Source: the human T2T-CHM13v2.0 reference genome, Homo sapiens
Direction: 5' to 3' (one strand)
Assembly (NCBI RefSeq): GCF_009914755.1
Contig: NC_060927.1
DNA length: 64,000 bases
The notes below the pieces were generated by a model. That model had not been told where the DNA came from. It searched no databases and saw only the letters and a list, made by a program, of their open reading frames with translations. The position numbers and the translations under genes are program-made. Shown here one piece after another: positions 59,433 through 64,000 of the stretch (its first letter is position 1; each line of letters starts with the position of its first letter).

Positions 59433-59500
59433 GAAAGCAATTTTAAAATGCTCTTTTGAAAATGTTTATTCTGATGATGCCTTATCAAAGGAGAACAGGG
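59433..59500 (+). CDS. ZCWPW2: ZCWPW2 internal coding exon (68 nt, phase 2->1), (R)KAILKCSFENVYSDDALSKENR
   Basis: TTCTTTTTCTAG| acceptor, GGG|GTATGT donor; completes the Arg codon from the previous exon; matches recalled ZCWPW2 sequence. Confidence 0.92.
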
Positions 59501-59594
59501 GTATGTGAAAGCCTGTCCTGCTTTTAGTTCTTTAACCTATATATAATTCCACAGAATGTAGTTGTAGTCCTTTGAAGGAAAAAAAAAGATTTCC

Positions 59595-59626
<32 letters not shown>

Positions 59627-59703
59627 CACATATATACATGTGCGTACATATGTATACATTTTTACACATATATATGTGTGTGTGTATATATACACATATA
59701 TAT
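59595..59703. repeat. (TG)n/(TA)n compound microsatellite
   Basis: Seen directly. Confidence 0.9.
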
Positions 59704-59835
59704 GAGAAATATTAATGAATCATTTTTGTTACTGATTTACATACCAGGGCTTTTAAATTTTCTTTAGGTTTCTATTTCCTTGAATTGAATTTTCTCTGTC
59801 TCAGTCATGTATTTAATTTTTTAAAATAACACACC

Positions 59836-60173
<338 letters not shown>

Positions 60174-60594
60174 AGCACCAGCAGCTGTGGGAAGAAATAC
60201 CAACAACTATACATTTCAATCCAGACTTCTTCATTCCAAACTTACTGGGATCCTAGGAGTGCCAAAGGGAGAGAAGAAAGAAAAGCAGAAGACTGGGGCT
60301 TCCAACTAAATTGTCGTTGGTTAGAACACAGTAGAGTGAATGTGGAATGCAGGGAGAAAGTTTTAGTTTTCAAAGGCAATTTCCTCCTTCTACATTTTCT
60401 TTAGTCTTGAAAAGCAGTGAAATGCTTATTTGCAATGTGGAACTTTGGCAGTCATGTTCAAAGCCCATTAAACCCTGAGGAGTTATCAGTGATATATTCC
60501 CTTTTCCTTGAAGCCACTCCCAGGGGATCCTATGGCATTGCATTTCAATTGGCTAAATAAGTCAGTCGTTGTAGTCTTATTAAAAGAAAGGAAA

Positions 60595-60867
60595 GCCAGG
60601 TGCAGTGGCTCATGCCTGTAATCCTAGCACCTTGGGAGGCTGAGGTGGGAGGATCCCTTGAGCCCAGGAGTTAAAGACCAGCCTGGGCAACACAGTGAGA
60701 CCTCATCTCTACTAAAATTAAAAAAAAAAAAATAACTGGGCATGGTGGCACATGCCTGTAGTCCTAGCTACTGGGAAAGCTGAGGTGGGAGGATCACCTG
60801 AGCCCAGGAGTTTGAGCTTGCAGTGATCTATGATCACGCCACTGCACTCCACTCTGGGTTACAGAAA
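60595..60867 (+). mobile_element. Alu (AluJ-like), lacking tail
   Basis: Dimer with GAGCCCAGGAG in both arms. Confidence 0.85.
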
Positions 60868-61121
60868 GGATGAAGTAGTTATTTTTAAAAAATAACTTCT
60901 TTTTTTACATCCAGAATGTAAAGTAGGAAAAGTTTTAGACTCTAACACCTTTCTTTTAGAAAATAAAAGAAAACTAAGTACTTTTTCCTCCTCATCACCC
61001 TTCTCTTTTATTAAAACACTTTCAGAATTTCAACATTGACATAGCCGTGCAAATTTATTTAGGATTTTTTTTTCAGTGCCAGCTTTGGGGTAACCCAACC
61101 AGTAGCTACTATATAAGGGAA

Positions 61122-61533
61122 TGTGTTAGTCTGTTCTTGCATTGCTATAAAGAAATACCAAAGACTGGGTAATTTATAAGAAAAGAGGTTTTAATTGGCT
61201 CACAGTTTTGCAAGCTTTCTAGGAAGCATGGTGCTTGGCTCCTGGGAGCCTTCCCAGAAGGCTTATAATCATGGCAGAAGGTAAAGGGGGAACAGGCATG
61301 TCATATGGCAAAAGCAGGAACAAAAGAGGGGAGAGTTGCCACACACTTTTAAATGACCAGATTTCATGAGAACTCACTCACTATCACCAGGACAGTACCA
61401 AGGGGATAGTACTCAATCATTTGTGAGAAATCTGCTCCCGTGATGCACTTACCTCCTACCAGGCCCCACTTCCAACACTGTAGATTACAATTCAACATGA
61501 GATTTGGGCAGAGACACATATCCAAACTCTATC
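61122..61533 (-). mobile_element. MSTA/B-type MaLR solo LTR
   Basis: TGTGTTAGTCTGTTCTTGCATTGCTATAAAGAAATACC...ATATCCAAACTCTATCA. Confidence 0.85.
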
Positions 61534-61715
61534 AGGAGGAAACAGCTTCTTAAACATTTAATAGATAAGTCGAGGTGAAAGAAAACTCCATAAATTTTGT
61601 ATTTGAAAGTTTTTAAAATAGTGACTGAGTTATTGAGACAAACTGTGAGTTATTTCTTATCAGGAATGGAAAAACAACACTGATTTATTTTCTACACATT
61701 AATTTTTAAAAACTA

Positions 61716-62043
<328 letters not shown>

Positions 62044-63859
62044 CTACTACAGATACATATTTTTTCTTTCATTTCTTTTTTTTTTTTTTAACTTTCTCTG
62101 AGTAATGGAGTGGCCGTAATGCTACCACTTCACTCTCAACAATAAATTGAAACAAGTCAGAGAAACTACAAGATAATCAGTGTTGACAGAAGATGATTGG
62201 TCATGCAATCAGCAAAGGCATTCATTTTGTCCGTATCTTTGGAGGATATCACTGACCAATTTTGATAACATAGTTTGTAGATTAAGGTAACTGCTATTTT
62301 TTGAGAATTATTTTTTAACTTCATTTACAATATAGGAATACTTATTTAGAAAAGCAAACTTCCCACTGCTCTGGAAGCAGAAGCTGACAGCAGTCAGGTT
62401 GGTGTTGTAAACCCTAGTTGACTTATGAAGTCATCCATTACTTTGTCTAATTTTGATCAAAAGGCAGTGTACATATTTCTTCAGATCACTTGAAAACAGA
62501 GAGCCTACAATGCCATTTCGCAATGATATTTATTATCATAAACTGATTGTATTTTAGCCTGACATTAGAAATATAAAGATGTTTGTTTGCCGTTTTTTCT
62601 TTTACAGCATAGCTTCAAATCTATCTTCTCAACAGTGTATTAAATGTCATTGTCAATTTCCATAGACTCAGAATGTAAAGTAGGAAAATGTAACATTTGT
62701 GAGTGGAACTGGGGAATTGGTGTGAAAATAACCATGAGCAGTCATCTATTAACAGGTTACTAAATAAGAAATCTGTCTTAAAGAGGGCGTTAGTTTTATT
62801 AACAAAAGTGCTTCAATAAAAAACTTACATTCCTCTAGAAAATCCTGATTTGATAGACATGACATTGTTATATTTTTAAATAAACTCCCCAGGTGATTAT
62901 TATGCCCACACAATTTTGAATGCCACTGTTTTAGAATCTAGCATTCTATACTTTGTGTTCTTAGGCCTTAGCAGTAACCCTAGAACACAGATCTATGTGG
63001 ATGCAACTAACATGTTAATTACAGGCTTTGCTTGTTTGTTTGTTTTTAAACATGAGAACATTTTATAAGATGTGGAGTTGCTTATCAGAAAGCTTGTTTC
63101 AAACTATTTTGAAAGAGGTTTTCCATAGAGAAAACCTGAAATTGACTAGAAGGAGGTGATAGCTAGGAAGGCTTATTAGTCTATGCCTATTTTCTTGTGT
63201 TCCTGCCCCTTAGTAGGTAAACAGTAAATATTTGTTGATTGAGTATGAAAGTGCTTGGGGAAAGCAGTAAATATTGACAGAAAAATTATTTTCAAGATGA
63301 ACTTGTGTTATGAAAAATATAAACTTAAAGTAGTTTTCCAGTACTGTAATGACAACCAAGAAAGGGAAACCTATCATAACCTGCTATGATTTTATTTAAC
63401 ATTATTTAATAAGTACTTTAGCAGAATTTAAAATTTTCCTACTTATGTCCTGTTTGGGTATTTTCATTTTCCATGACCTTTCAGCTGCTCTACTAGGTGT
63501 GATTTTTGCTGACTTGCCCATGAACTGCAGATAATAGAAGGTGGTATATTAGATTTTACTAAAAAGTGGAAGATGAAGGGATGTGTACTCACAGCCTTTC
63601 TCTCTGAATTACGTTGTTTTTGGAAGAGCTTCTTAGATGCTCCATCTGCCTCTGGTGCAAGACAGCAGGCCACATGTGGCCTCCTTTCTTTGAAGCAAAG
63701 GCTTCACTAGGCCCTATATCAAATGAAAATGTTTGTTTTATTTAAGTCAAGAACTCAAATGCATATTTTTAATCAGTAGTTAAGTCTAGAGTTATAGTAG
63801 GCTTTTATTTCTTTGGTGGGGATATTGTTTTATCTCAGCAAGGTCAATGAATTACCAGA

Positions 63860-64000
63860 TTTTTTTTTTTTTGCCTATTTTTTTTTTTTTTGAAATGGAG
63901 TCTTCCTCTGTCGCCCAAGCTGGAGTGCAGTGGTGTGATCTCAGCTCACTGCAAGCTACGCCTCCCGGATTCACGCCATTCTCCTGCCCCAGCCTCCGGA
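63860..64000 (-). mobile_element. Alu (AluY-like) 3' part, runs off the window end
   Basis: T tail then ...CACTGCAAGCT...TTCACGCCATTCTCCTGCC. Confidence 0.85.

Overview
AT-rich, repeat-dense primate (almost certainly human) genomic DNA lying inside the ZCWPW2 gene (zf-CW + PWWP histone reader, + strand). Four short coding exons (22712-22829, 36010-36056, 57943-58001, 59433-59500) splice in frame to PEKCKNKKKWYKSALQEACLLYGYSHEQRLEMCCLSKQQ-DKSETHDKVAALVKKR-KQTSKNNIEKKKPKFRKRK-RKAILKCSFENVYSDDALSKENR, which I recognise as the middle of ZCWPW2. The ORF track misses them as exons. The rest is intron filled with L1s of many ages, Alus, LTRs, hAT DNA transposons, MIR/L2 and microsatellites; nearly all listed ORFs are TE-derived or chance. 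The most striking unexplained structure is a ~357-bp, ~97.5%-identical inverted duplication (57490-57846 / 58063-58418). Its 216-bp loop holds exactly the branch point, acceptor, 59-nt frame-shifting exon and donor, making it a candidate RNA-hairpin splicing switch, dsRNA source and exon-inversion substrate. Also notable: a second ~167-bp inverted repeat with an identity gradient (40706-41116), a 191-bp templated copy inserted into an MLT1 LTR, and a young twin-primed L1 with 17-bp TSDs and a probable short 3' transduction. TE subfamily names and boundaries are by eye and approximate.
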